A DNA stretch of 62,683 nt from Dehalococcoidia bacterium (GCA_021162245.1 JAGGZD010000018.1:1-62683); one strand, 5' to 3'; shown: positions 36,896 to 46,654, counted from the stretch's first letter. Made by a program: numbers and translations. Notes: a model not told the origin generated them from the sequence alone.

Positions 36896-37924
36896 GTGAG
36901 CACCAGTAAGAAAATCAGTAAAAAGGATATAGGGAAAATCCTCAGCCAGTGGAGTCAAGAGTTCACAGTATTAGTGCCGTCTAAGGAAGGTAACGTTAGC
37001 AAGATGGCCAGGTGGGATGGCAAAGATACCAGGTTTATGGATTCCCATAGAAACACAGTGCATCCAGTCAAAGCTAACTTCTTTCCCCCGATGGAGGAAA
37101 TGTTCAGCTTTCAAAAAAACAAGGAGGGTTACCACATAGAACCAGCACCTCCAGACGAACATAAGCTACTGATTTTTGCCATTCGTCCCTGCGATGCTAA
37201 TGCCCTGGCTATACTGGATATGGCCTTTAAGGATGGCTATGAAGACCCGTATTACCTTTCCCGTAGAAAAGACACGGTATTAATCGGACTCGGTTGTACC
37301 AACCCCTACGATAGTTGCTTCTGTACCTCCATGGGAGGCAGTCCATCTGACTCGACCAATGTCGATATTATGCTCACCGATATCGGGAATGAGTTCCTCA
37401 TCGAAGAGATTAGTGAAGCTGGCAAGGAATTAGTTGCCAAAACTGAAGATTTGCAAGAGGCAAAAAAAGCTGATGAAGCTAAAGCTAAGAAGGTAAAAGA
37501 AACATCTTATGATAAAGTAACAAGAAAGATAGATACCAGGGATATCGACAAGAAGCTATTAGCTTGTTTTGAGAATAAGGACTACTGGGAAAAAGTATCT
37601 GCGAAATGTATAAGCTGTGGCATCTGCACCTTCCTTTGCCCCACCTGTTATTGTTTTGACATCAACGATGACTCGTTTAAAAAGCGAGGGGCAAGATTTA
37701 GAAGCTGGGATAGCTGTGCTTTCCCAGTATATACCAGGATGCCAATGGAAAATCCCAGGGGGGAGAAATGGCGACGAGTGAGACAAAAGGTATGCCATAA
37801 ATTCGAGTTCTTCCCCATGAACTTCGGCAGTATAGCTTGCGTTGGTTGTGGAAGATGTATCCGCCTCTGTCCTGTAAATTGGGATATTACCCAAACAATA
37901 GAGAGCGTACCAGAGATAACATAA
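36896..37924 (+). CDS. 4Fe-4S cluster protein (AsrA / sulfhydrogenase-beta / FlxB-like)
   Basis: GTG start after AGGAG. CISCGICTFLCPTCYCF and CVGCGRCIRLCP motifs; about 340 aa, as in AsrA/HydB. Confidence 0.75.
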   Translation: MSTSKKISKKDIGKILSQWSQEFTVLVPSKEGNVSKMARWDGKDTRFMDSHRNTVHPVKANFFPPMEEMFSFQKNKEGYHIEPAPPDEHKLLIFAIRPCDANALAILDMAFKDGYEDPYYLSRRKDTVLIGLGCTNPYDSCFCTSMGGSPSDSTNVDIMLTDIGNEFLIEEISEAGKELVAKTEDLQEAKKADEAKAKKVKETSYDKVTRKIDTRDIDKKLLACFENKDYWEKVSAKCISCGICTFLCPTCYCFDINDDSFKKRGARFRSWDSCAFPVYTRMPMENPRGEKWRRVRQKVCHKFEFFPMNFGSIACVGCGRCIRLCPVNWDITQTIESVPEIT

Positions 37925-37945
37925 GGTTACTATGAGGGAGCAGAA

Positions 37946-38818
37946 ATGACAGTTACCGATATGAGCCAGGGGAAAAGATTTTTTGCCAGTGAGAATGTCT
38001 ATTTACCCCACATAGCAATAATCGAGAAGGTAATCGATGAAACCCCTGGCGTCAAAACCTTCCATTTCAACTTTAAGGATGAAAAGCTACGGAAGGAATT
38101 TAGCTTTAAGTCAGGGCAATTTGCTGAGTATTCGGTGCTCGGCGTCGGCGAAGCTCCATTCTGCATTTCTTCCAGTCCAAGCAGAAGTGACCATCTCGAA
38201 TTTGCCACACAACAGGTGGGCAAGGTAACCAACGCCCTGCATCGGCTTGGCGTTGGCGCAGAGATAGGCTTCAGAGGACCCTATGGCAACGGCTTCCCAC
38301 TGGACTTCCTGCAGGGTAAAAACCTTGTCTTTGTCGGTGGTGGCATCGGGCTTGCGCCACTGAGGTCATTAATCTGGAATGCAATAGATAATCGAGATAA
38401 ATATGAAAATATAGACATTATTTACGGTGCCCGTAGCCCGGATGATCTATGCTTCAAGTATGACCTGGATACATGGGATAAGGATAAGACAATAAACATC
38501 ATAAGTACTATCGACAGAGAGGATAAGAGCTGGAGCGGGAGAGTAGGCTTTGTCCCCAAAGTGCTGGAGGAGGTAGCTCCATCGGCCAGTAACGCAGTAG
38601 CTATCGTCTGTGGACCGCCAGTTATGATACGATTCACTTTTCCTGTTCTAATAAAACTGGGTTTTACTCCAGAGCAAATGATAACTACGCTGGAAAAGAA
38701 GATGACGTGTGGCATAGGCAAGTGCGGCCGATGTAACATAGGCAATCTCTATGTATGCCGCGACGGGCCGGTATTCACCTATGCCCAGATTAAGAATTTT
38801 GTCTCCAGCGAATACTAG
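37946..38818 (+). CDS. FAD/NAD(P)-binding oxidoreductase with C-terminal [2Fe-2S] (AsrB / PyrK / sulfhydrogenase-gamma / FlxA-like)
   Basis: FVGGGIGLAPL nucleotide-binding motif, C-terminal CGIGKCGRCNIGNLYVCRDGPVF. Confidence 0.85.
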   Translation: MTVTDMSQGKRFFASENVYLPHIAIIEKVIDETPGVKTFHFNFKDEKLRKEFSFKSGQFAEYSVLGVGEAPFCISSSPSRSDHLEFATQQVGKVTNALHRLGVGAEIGFRGPYGNGFPLDFLQGKNLVFVGGGIGLAPLRSLIWNAIDNRDKYENIDIIYGARSPDDLCFKYDLDTWDKDKTINIISTIDREDKSWSGRVGFVPKVLEEVAPSASNAVAIVCGPPVMIRFTFPVLIKLGFTPEQMITTLEKKMTCGIGKCGRCNIGNLYVCRDGPVFTYAQIKNFVSSEY

Positions 38819-38882
38819 AATATTCCGTCAATCAATAGAAAGAGCTTTCTAAGGACGTTCAAGCTTTCCCATGCCTCCCCTG

Positions 38883-40847
38883 CTAGACGAGCAAGCCTTC
38901 CATCTGTGCCAGAATTTGCTCGTTTGTGAAATGGCTCAGACTTATGGCATCGCTGGGGCAGGCACCTACACAAGTGCCACATCCCTTGCACAAAGTTTCA
39001 TTTACCTGGCATACTTCCTTCTCTTCATCGAAGGAGATAGCGCTATAGGGGCAAATGAGCTTGCAGAACTGGCACCCGGAACAGTTCCTTTCATCGATAA
39101 CCGCAGTAGCTGCTTCAATCTCAGTTTTACCCTTGCTAATCATAGCTAGAACACGACTGGCAGCGGCTGAAGCTTGAGCCACCGTGTCAGGAATATCTTT
39201 AGGCCCCTGGCAACAACCCACCACAAAGACACCGTCAGTTGTAGTAGCCACCGGATCTAGCTTGGGATGTCTCTCCATGAAAAACCCATCGGCGCCACGG
39301 TTAATATTGAACATTCGGCTAACAGCTTCTGCATCTGCTTGCGGTTCCATAGCGGGACACAGGATAACCATATCCACAGGCACCCTTATTAACCTGCCCA
39401 ACAAAGTATCCTCCGTGACGACAATCAGCTTGCCTTTCTCTTCCTCAGTTATGGCACGGTCGGTAACTCGAGATGGCTTGCCCCGTATAAAATTAACGCC
39501 CTCATCCGAGATGCGCTTATAAAATTCCTCGTAACCCTTGCCAAAACAGCGCATATCTATATACATCTGGTACACTTCGGCATCAATTTTCTCTTTTATT
39601 AAATGAGAATACTTGAGAGCATACATACAACATACCCGAGAGCAATACTCATGATAGTTCTTATCCCTGCTGCCTACACAATGAATAATGGCAACGCTTT
39701 GTGGGACTGAGCCATCTTTGAGTTTGATATCACCATCTGTAGGGCCAAAGGAGCTAACCATTCTCTCAAACTCAAGGCTGGTGAGGACATTATCCAACTT
39801 CTTATAACCATATTGATATATGTCGCTGGGGTCAGATAGACTATACCCTGTGGCTACGATAATAGAGCCCACTTCTAATTCGACAAACTCATCCACCTGC
39901 TCAAAATCAATAGCCTGTGCTTCACATACTTTCTCACAGAGGCGACATTTGCCCTTCAAAAAGTAAACGCAATGCTCGCGGTCGATAACTGGCGTATTGG
40001 GCACCGCCTGCGGGAATGGGGTATAAACAGCCTTCCTCTTTCCCATGCCAGCCTCAAACTCGCTGTCTGTTTTCGCGGGGCACTTTTCCTGGCACAGGCC
40101 ACAGCCAGTGCACTTATCCTCATCAATGTACCTTGCCTTTTTTCTGACCTTGACCTTGAAATTGCCAATGAATCCTGAAACTTCCTCCACCTCACTATAA
40201 GTCATTAGTTCGATATAAGGGTGAGAACCCACCAGTGTCATTTTCGGTGTAAGAATACAAGATGAGCAATCCAGGGTAGGGAATGTTTTATCCAGCTGGC
40301 TCATATGTCCACCAACGCTCGGAGTTCGCTCCACGAGATAGACTTTATGTTCAGAGTCGGCAATCTCCAGGGCAGCCTGGATACCGGCGATGCCGCCACC
40401 CACTATCAGGGTATCAGGGTTAATCGGGGCTTCTTTAAGCGCCAGCGGCTGGTGGTAATAAACTCGATTTACGGCAGCGCTCACCAGGTCTTTAGCTTTC
40501 TCCGTAGCTTCTTGTTTATTCTCAGTCACCCACGAACAGTGCTCCCTGATATTTGCCATCTCGAACAAATATGGATTTATCCCTGCTTCCTGGCATACAC
40601 GACGGAAAGTAGGTTCATGCATCGTTGGCGAGCAAGAAGCAACAACCACACGATTAAGCTGAAAATCACTAATATCCTTTTTAATCAATTCCTGCCCCGG
40701 GTCGGAACACATGAAACTATAATCACGAGCCACTACCACACAATCCAGGCTTCGGGCAAACCGGGCAACTTGCTCTACATCGACAGTGTTCGCAATATTG
40801 CTGCCGCAATGGCATATATAAACACCTATCCTGGGTTCGCTCCACAT
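38883..40847 (-). CDS. hdrA: Heterodisulfide reductase subunit A-like flavoprotein
   Basis: 654 aa. N-terminal IGVYICHCGSNIA, FAD motif LIVGGGIAGIQAALEIA, ferredoxin motifs CTGCGLCQEKCP, CSGCQFCKLICP, CKGCGTCVGACP. Confidence 0.9.
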   Translation of the reverse strand: MWSEPRIGVYICHCGSNIANTVDVEQVARFARSLDCVVVARDYSFMCSDPGQELIKKDISDFQLNRVVVASCSPTMHEPTFRRVCQEAGINPYLFEMANIREHCSWVTENKQEATEKAKDLVSAAVNRVYYHQPLALKEAPINPDTLIVGGGIAGIQAALEIADSEHKVYLVERTPSVGGHMSQLDKTFPTLDCSSCILTPKMTLVGSHPYIELMTYSEVEEVSGFIGNFKVKVRKKARYIDEDKCTGCGLCQEKCPAKTDSEFEAGMGKRKAVYTPFPQAVPNTPVIDREHCVYFLKGKCRLCEKVCEAQAIDFEQVDEFVELEVGSIIVATGYSLSDPSDIYQYGYKKLDNVLTSLEFERMVSSFGPTDGDIKLKDGSVPQSVAIIHCVGSRDKNYHEYCSRVCCMYALKYSHLIKEKIDAEVYQMYIDMRCFGKGYEEFYKRISDEGVNFIRGKPSRVTDRAITEEEKGKLIVVTEDTLLGRLIRVPVDMVILCPAMEPQADAEAVSRMFNINRGADGFFMERHPKLDPVATTTDGVFVVGCCQGPKDIPDTVAQASAAASRVLAMISKGKTEIEAATAVIDERNCSGCQFCKLICPYSAISFDEEKEVCQVNETLCKGCGTCVGACPSDAISLSHFTNEQILAQMEGLLV

Positions 40848-40886
40848 GTCGAAATTCTCCTGTCTCTCTAATTCATTAGATAAACC

Positions 40887-40909
40887 GACAGGGTAAATTA
40901 CACCCTGTC
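40887..40909 (-). promoter_or_regulatory. Intercistronic stem-loop between etfA and hdrA
   Basis: GACAGGGT (40887-40894) / ACCCTGTC (40902-40909), 8-bp stem, 7-nt loop. Overlaps the etfA stop codon. No clear U-tract. Confidence 0.3.
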
Positions 40910-41912
40910 ACGCAGCCAGCAATTCCTTTAGCTTCGCAGTAAAAGCGGGCACAACTTCTTCGTAACGACCCACCACTCCAAAATCCGCTTCCCTGAATAT
41001 ATTGGCCTCCGGGTCCTTATTAATAGCTACGATAGTTTTCGAGCCTGAACAGCCTGCAACATGCTGGCTGGCTCCCGATATAGCTATGGCGACATAAACT
41101 TCAGGAGCAACTATCTTGCCTGTCAGGCCAACATGCACTGCTTCCGGCACCCACCCATTATCGGCAGGTGGTCGTGAAGCTCCTACCGCACCATGTAACA
41201 CATCAGCCAGCTCCTTCAATGTTGTTTTGAAAGGCTCGGGGGAACCAATACCTCTACCACCACTAACTATCACGGGAGCGTCTTCAAGTTTGATGCCAGT
41301 TACCTCTTCTTTCACCTTTTCTATTATCTTTGTTCCTACTCGCGACATATCTATTTCAGCTTTTACAGGCATGACCGTTCCCTTTCTCAAGCCATCACGC
41401 TCCATTGCTGACATAGTCTTCGCTCTAATAGTAACTATCTGAGGCATAGAATCACAGGTAAATATGGCCTGAGCATTACCTCCATACACAGGTTTCGTCT
41501 GCTGAAGCAATTTTGTCTCCGAATCCATGCTTAAATCAACACAATCTGTAGATAAGCCAACTCCCAGCCTGAAGGCGAGGCGAGGGGCTAAGTCTCTACC
41601 CACATGAGTTTGCCCCATAAGTATAATTTTAGGTGAAGATTCCCTGGCCAATTTCTCCAAAACCTGTACAAAGGTCTCTCCCTGATATTCTTTAAGCAAG
41701 GCATCTTCTATTACATAAACCTTATCTGCTCCAAAAGCGATTGCCTCCTTTGCAACAGCCTCATTTACTTTGTCCCCAGCCAGCAAGCAGCACAAATCTT
41801 CCTGCAGCTCGTCGGCGAAATTCCTGCCACAACCTAATAATTCAGCAGTAATGGAAGCTAATTTCCCATTCGCTAACTCGCCGAAAATCATTACACCTTT
41901 GTACTCAGCCAT
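40908..41912 (-). CDS. etfA: Electron transfer flavoprotein alpha subunit
   Basis: 334 aa. C-terminal FAD-binding region [16 protein letters not shown] and [13 protein letters not shown]. Confidence 0.92.
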   Translation of the reverse strand: MAEYKGVMIFGELANGKLASITAELLGCGRNFADELQEDLCCLLAGDKVNEAVAKEAIAFGADKVYVIEDALLKEYQGETFVQVLEKLARESSPKIILMGQTHVGRDLAPRLAFRLGVGLSTDCVDLSMDSETKLLQQTKPVYGGNAQAIFTCDSMPQIVTIRAKTMSAMERDGLRKGTVMPVKAEIDMSRVGTKIIEKVKEEVTGIKLEDAPVIVSGGRGIGSPEPFKTTLKELADVLHGAVGASRPPADNGWVPEAVHVGLTGKIVAPEVYVAIAISGASQHVAGCSGSKTIVAINKDPEANIFREADFGVVGRYEEVVPAFTAKLKELLAA

Positions 41913-41928
41913 TATTCCCTCCTCGATT

Positions 41929-42738
41929 TCAAATTATCTTTGCTTCTCTAAGCTTTACAGCCAAATTAGCACCTGCTTCTGCTGGGCTTTCCCCTTCAAC
42001 AATTTCGCATTTAGCATCCTTGGCTGGTTGAAAGAGTTTAGCCAGTTTAACGCGCCTTCCAGCAATGCCGACCTGTGAAGGCTCAAGCCCTATATCGGCT
42101 GGCTTCCACACGACAGGTTGTTTTTTAGCTGCCGCCATAATGCCCTTCAGTGCAGCATAGCGCAAATTGCCCAATTCGCTCGTCACCGTAATCACGGAAG
42201 GAAAGCCTATTTCTGTGACTTGATAACCATCGGAAATGACCTGCTCCACTTTCGCCTTCCCATCAATGATTTCTACCTTGCGAGCCAATGTCAAAGCAGG
42301 AATCGACAGAATCTCGGCAATGCCCAGGCCAACTTGCCCTGCATCCCAATCAGAAGATTGTCTGCCACAGAATATAAGGTCATACTCTCCAATCTTCTTG
42401 ATAGCCATTGCTAAAGCATAGGCAGTCGACCAGCTATCACCTTCCTCAAAGGACTCATCTTCGAGAAGGATAAGCTCATCGCCACCCACAGCTAAGGTCT
42501 TTTTTATCACGTCACGAGCTATATTATTACCCAGGCTAAGCACCGTGATTTTACCTCCAACTTTATCCTTGATTCTTAGAGCAGCCTCCAGGGCAAATTC
42601 ATCATATTGGCCAATCACCGGTTTAATATCTCGTGGTAAAGTTACTTTATTAACCGTCGGGTCAATCTTAAACGCCGTTGGCGGCGCTTCGGGGTCAGGT
42701 ACCTGCTTACAGCAAACAACCATCTTTACATCAGGCAT
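41929..42738 (-). CDS. etfB: Electron transfer flavoprotein beta subunit
   Basis: Start moved to the ATG at 42738 (GAGGAGG 7 nt upstream). VVCCKQVPD, DLIFCGRQSSDWDAGQVG motifs. Confidence 0.9.
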   Translation of the reverse strand: MPDVKMVVCCKQVPDPEAPPTAFKIDPTVNKVTLPRDIKPVIGQYDEFALEAALRIKDKVGGKITVLSLGNNIARDVIKKTLAVGGDELILLEDESFEEGDSWSTAYALAMAIKKIGEYDLIFCGRQSSDWDAGQVGLGIAEILSIPALTLARKVEIIDGKAKVEQVISDGYQVTEIGFPSVITVTSELGNLRYAALKGIMAAAKKQPVVWKPADIGLEPSQVGIAGRRVKLAKLFQPAKDAKCEIVEGESPAEAGANLAVKLREAKII

Positions 42739-42890
42739 TTCTCGGCCTCCTCGCATACGGATTTCATACGTGAGAATAGCCTAAAATTCGATTTCTGTCA
42801 ACGACAGGCTCACCTTACTGGACTAAGGCTTCCCTTTATTGAATTAATATTGTATAGTTAAAATATAGTTACATGTAAAGGTTGTGATTA

Positions 42891-43484
42891 TTGAAAATAA
42901 GTAGAACAACCAGGTGGATTTTAACTATTGGCATTCTCGCCATTTTCTTGGCGAGTTTAACTGTGCTTTACCTTCGCCAAACAACGGAGCTAAGATATTT
43001 AAATGCCAGCATAATCCAGGCTCAACAAAATTTTAAAACATACACGACACAGGAAAAGGAGCTGGAGGCAGAGCTCAATCAAGTTGAATCAAGCATTCCT
43101 GCCCTTCCAGGTGAGTTCAGCTCTTCCCTTGAATCCGTAGAGATTAGCGATGCTTTACTTGAAGCCGCCGATGAAGCCAATGTAACCATAACTGAATTCA
43201 GCACTTCGCTCCCCGACAATGAGGAAATAAATGGCATCACTTACCGGGTTGTCTATATCGATCTGACTGCTGAAGGGAAAATGGTGTCGACTCTCAACTT
43301 TGCACAGAAGCTCGGTGACAGGTTTCCCAGCAGCGAAATACAACAGGTAGAGATAGAAGTGACGAAGGTAGGAAATGAAGCGGAGGAAGGGGAGGAAGAG
43401 AAGACCGGGAAAGAGACTGAAGAAGAAAAAGCATCACTCAGTTTAAGTTTAAAAATTTATGCTTACGAGGTCAATAATGGCTAA
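42891..43484 (+). CDS. PilO-like pilus assembly protein (TM + coiled coil + acidic tail)
   Basis: TTG start. N-terminal TM WILTIGILAIFLASLTVLY followed by a coiled coil. Lies immediately upstream of pilM/N. Confidence 0.5.
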   Translation: MKISRTTRWILTIGILAIFLASLTVLYLRQTTELRYLNASIIQAQQNFKTYTTQEKELEAELNQVESSIPALPGEFSSSLESVEISDALLEAADEANVTITEFSTSLPDNEEINGITYRVVYIDLTAEGKMVSTLNFAQKLGDRFPSSEIQQVEIEVTKVGNEAEEGEEEKTGKETEEEKASLSLSLKIYAYEVNNG

Positions 43485-44919
43485 AGAAGTGACTACCATA
43501 TATATAGATGACTCCGCTATCCGGGTATTGAGAAGCAAGGGAAGACAGGTAAGAAAGTGGGCCGATATGCCGCTGGAATCTGGCCTGGTTAAGGACGGAA
43601 CAGTCGTCGACGAGGACGCTGTGGCTGCCAAAATTAAGGAGTTATGGCAGACCCAAAAAATAGGAAGCAGGAAGGTGATAGCCGGCGTCAACGGCATAAA
43701 TTGCCTCTATCGCTTAATCACCCTCCCTGAACTACCCAAAAACATATTGCCCGAAGCAGTGGAAAGAGAAGCCCGCAGAATTTTAGCCATCCCCCTGGAG
43801 CAACTTCACCTTTCCTGGCAAGCTATTCTTACATTGAAAAAAGGAGAAATGCTGGTTTACCTGGCAGCCTTGCCCAGAAATTCCACGGATGGCCTGATTT
43901 CGACGCTACATAAAGCGGGGCTGAATCCTTACCTTATGGATTTAAAGCCCCTGGCCCTGGCCAGGACTATCACCGAAACTAAAGCTATCCTCATCGACGT
44001 TCAACCCGGCAATTTCGATATCGTGATTTTAATGGGCGAAATTCCACAAGTGGTACGCAGCCTGCCATTAGACCGAGAGGCTTCGCTGGACGGGAAAATG
44101 CCCCTCATCAAAGAGGAATTGCAGAGGGCTATCACTTTTTATAACTCCAGCCACCTGGAGGAGCCCATTGAAGCCAGCGTGCCTGTGCTAATCAGCGGGG
44201 AGCTATCCGGGCAGCCAGATAGCTGGGAGCTATTACTTGCAAAGCAAAAACACCCTGTCCAGATACTACCTTCCCCCATGGAGAGCAGTGAAGATTTCCC
44301 CGCAAGCCAATATACAACTAACATTGGCTTAGCCCTCAAGGAAGTGCTGGCCTCAGAGAAAGGAGCCATCGCTTATTCCCTGGTCAATTTCAATGCCCTC
44401 CCTGAAATGTACATTCCCAGGCCTCGCCCTGTATCTGAAATTCTCTTCGCGCCCGTTATCACAATTGGCATTGCCCTGCTGGCTCTGGGCGCTTTCGCTA
44501 ATATCACTACCTTAAACCGTGTCACTGATTCACGCCACAACCTGGCAACTGTACAGCAGATGGCTCTCTCCAGCCACGCTCAAATCGAGCACATAACAGC
44601 TCTCATCGAGGAAGCCTCTTCTACCAAAACCACTGCAGATGCTTTCACCGCCACTCTCAACGATATACATGTCAGCAGGGACGAAATCAATGGCGACCTG
44701 GCTCAGGTAAACAGTTGCCTGTCTGGCGCTATAAAGCCTCCACTCTCTGTAAGCGCTGATGGTGAAGTATTGACAGTGGACGGCCTGGCTGATGATGCTG
44801 ACGCCGTTTTGCACTATGCCAGAGAGTTGAGGGCCACCGGCAGGTTCGCCTCCGTGCTTATTGCCAGCATGAGCCAGCAAGAACAGCAGATAAAATTCAC
44901 CCTGGAGCTCAGTAAATAA
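43477..44919 (+). CDS. pilM: PilM-PilN fusion protein (actin-like ATPase fold + TM + PilN-like periplasmic domain)
   Basis: Start at MAKEV (GAGG upstream). N-terminus IYIDDSAIRVL...GLVKDGTVVDEDAVAAKIKELW is PilM-like. TM at FAPVITIGIALLALGAF, then a PilN-like C-terminal region. Confidence 0.8.
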   Translation: MAKEVTTIYIDDSAIRVLRSKGRQVRKWADMPLESGLVKDGTVVDEDAVAAKIKELWQTQKIGSRKVIAGVNGINCLYRLITLPELPKNILPEAVEREARRILAIPLEQLHLSWQAILTLKKGEMLVYLAALPRNSTDGLISTLHKAGLNPYLMDLKPLALARTITETKAILIDVQPGNFDIVILMGEIPQVVRSLPLDREASLDGKMPLIKEELQRAITFYNSSHLEEPIEASVPVLISGELSGQPDSWELLLAKQKHPVQILPSPMESSEDFPASQYTTNIGLALKEVLASEKGAIAYSLVNFNALPEMYIPRPRPVSEILFAPVITIGIALLALGAFANITTLNRVTDSRHNLATVQQMALSSHAQIEHITALIEEASSTKTTADAFTATLNDIHVSRDEINGDLAQVNSCLSGAIKPPLSVSADGEVLTVDGLADDADAVLHYARELRATGRFASVLIASMSQQEQQIKFTLELSK

Positions 44920-44962
44920 CCCTGCACTGCTCAAATATACCCCGGAAGCTTCGTAAAAATAC

Positions 44963-46042
44963 ATGGTAAACATCGTAGATTTGCTTCGATTAGCCAAGGA
45001 AAAAGATGCCTCGGATTTGCACATGGTGGTTAACTCCCCTCCTATGCTACGTATAGATGGCGTCCTGGAACCCATGGAGGGAATAGCGCCGCTATCCCCT
45101 GAGGAAATAAGCGAGGCCTTTGCCCGGCTAAGTACAGCAGAGCAAAGAAAGAGATTTCACGACACGCTGGAACTTGATTTCGGCTATGCCCTCCCCGATG
45201 TCGGCAGGTTGAGGTGCAATGTTGCCCAGCAGCGTGAGACAATCAGTTTTGCCGTGCGGCTCCTGCCGTTTGCAATTCCCAGCGTAGATGAGCTGGAGTT
45301 GCCACAGTTATACAAGGAATTAGCTTTGCGGCCCAGGGGCCTGGTGATAGCTTCGGGCCCTACTGGAAGCGGCAAAAGCACTACACTGGCAACCATGATA
45401 AACCACATAAACCACCATCGCGCCTGCTATGTAGTCACCATCGAAGACCCCATCGAGTATATCTATCCTAACCTCAAATCAATCATTACACAACGGGAAC
45501 TGGGTAGAGACACCCTGTCCTTCGTCTCAGCCTTGAAACATGTCCTCAGGCAGGATCCGGACGTAATACTTGTCGGCGAGATGAGGGACCCGGAGACCGC
45601 TGCCGCGGCGCTCAACGTGGCGGAAAAGGGGCACCTGGTATTTACCACAGGGCACGCTCCCAACGCAGCACAGGCTATGGAAAGAATAATCGACCTGTTT
45701 CCACCACGCGAGAGATACCTGGCACAGGTGAGACTGGCATCCCTTACCATCGCTGTCATATCTCAGGCCCTGGTCCCACGGGCTGACGGCTCAGGGAGAA
45801 TAGCTGCGGTGGAAATAATGCTGGCAAGTGTCGCAGTGAAAAACCTAATCAGGGAAGGCAAAATTCACCAGCTCCACAATGTTATCCGCAACAGCAACAA
45901 GAAAGGCATGCAAACACTGGACCAATCGCTGGCTCAACTTTACCTCGAAGGAGTCATCACAGGAGAGAGTCTGCGGCAATTTTGCCACAACAGGAAAGAA
46001 ATAGAGGAAGTAATAGGCAAACTGCCCCTTCCCGGCACATAA
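44963..46042 (+). CDS. pilT: Twitching-motility retraction ATPase PilT
   Basis: 359 aa. ASDLHM, Walker A GPTGSGKSTT, ILVGEMRD, TGHLVF-type motifs. Confidence 0.92.
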   Translation: MVNIVDLLRLAKEKDASDLHMVVNSPPMLRIDGVLEPMEGIAPLSPEEISEAFARLSTAEQRKRFHDTLELDFGYALPDVGRLRCNVAQQRETISFAVRLLPFAIPSVDELELPQLYKELALRPRGLVIASGPTGSGKSTTLATMINHINHHRACYVVTIEDPIEYIYPNLKSIITQRELGRDTLSFVSALKHVLRQDPDVILVGEMRDPETAAAALNVAEKGHLVFTTGHAPNAAQAMERIIDLFPPRERYLAQVRLASLTIAVISQALVPRADGSGRIAAVEIMLASVAVKNLIREGKIHQLHNVIRNSNKKGMQTLDQSLAQLYLEGVITGESLRQFCHNRKEIEEVIGKLPLPGT

Positions 46043-46056
46043 TATAAATATAGAAT

Positions 46057-46085
46057 ATAGGGGAGATGCAAAGCATCTCCCCTAT
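46057..46085. terminator. Bidirectional stem-loop terminator between convergent pilT and pilA
   Basis: ATAGGGGAGATGC-aaa-GCATCTCCCCTAT, perfect 13-bp stem, A/T-rich flanks on both sides. Confidence 0.7.
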
Positions 46086-46156
46086 ATTAAGAGCAACCAC
46101 CCTCCCTGGCCAGAACTCCACCGCGAAGACAAGCGTTGAGCCTGCCCTACTTGCTA

Positions 46157-46561
46157 TCAGTCAGGAACAAACTTCGCGCCCTGGTGGGCCTTGCCGGGGG
46201 AACTATCGGTAGGACCCTCAACCCAGTATGTGTATACAGTATCATTTATTAGATAGTACCCCACTTCGTACTTGGTACCACCAGTTGTGATTTGTGCGTA
46301 GCTTTCACTAGTCCCAACTCCATTAAAATCTTCACCATCTTTGGTCGCCTGATACAACGCAGCGCTTGCCGCCACCTGAACATTGTGCAACTCCGCCGCC
46401 GCCGCTTCATCTTCCCCTTTATCCATGAACTGGGTAATGTTAGGGATAGCCACAGCGGCGATAACGCCGAGAATGGCAATCACCACCAGCAACTCGATCA
46501 GGGTGAAGCCCTTCTGCCCGCGATGCAAGCACTTGAATATGGGATATTTTGTTCTTGGCAT
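46157..46561 (-). CDS. pilA: Type IV major pilin candidate PilA
   Basis: Start at the ATG at 46561 (AGGAGG 7 nt upstream). Leader MPRTKYPIFKCLHRGQKG|FTLIELLVVIAILGVIAAVAIP: Gly at -1, Phe at +1, Glu at +5. Short, Cys-free mature protein. Confidence 0.85.
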   Translation of the reverse strand: MPRTKYPIFKCLHRGQKGFTLIELLVVIAILGVIAAVAIPNITQFMDKGEDEAAAAELHNVQVAASAALYQATKDGEDFNGVGTSESYAQITTGGTKYEVGYYLINDTVYTYWVEGPTDSSPGKAHQGAKFVPD

Positions 46562-46625
46562 TTCCAAACCTCCTTTTTTGTCGAGATAACAAGGCAGGGT
46601 AACTCTTATATCCTGCTTTCCTATT

Positions 46626-46654
46626 GTTATACATTACTATGCTAAACTTGTCAA
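46626..46654 (-). promoter_or_regulatory. Candidate sigma70-type promoter for pilA
   Basis: Minus strand TTGACA (46654-46649), 17-nt spacer, TATAAC (46631-46626). Confidence 0.5.

Noticed and set aside
34303-40847. Looked for in-frame TGA (selenocysteine) in hdrA, mvhD and the Flx-like genes
   Set aside because: All ORFs are continuous at expected lengths with Cys at the cluster positions. There is no sign of recoding.
44530-45075. 181-aa minus ORF spanning the pilMN end and pilT start
   Set aside because: It crosses an intergenic region and two well-supported plus-strand genes, and has no start context.
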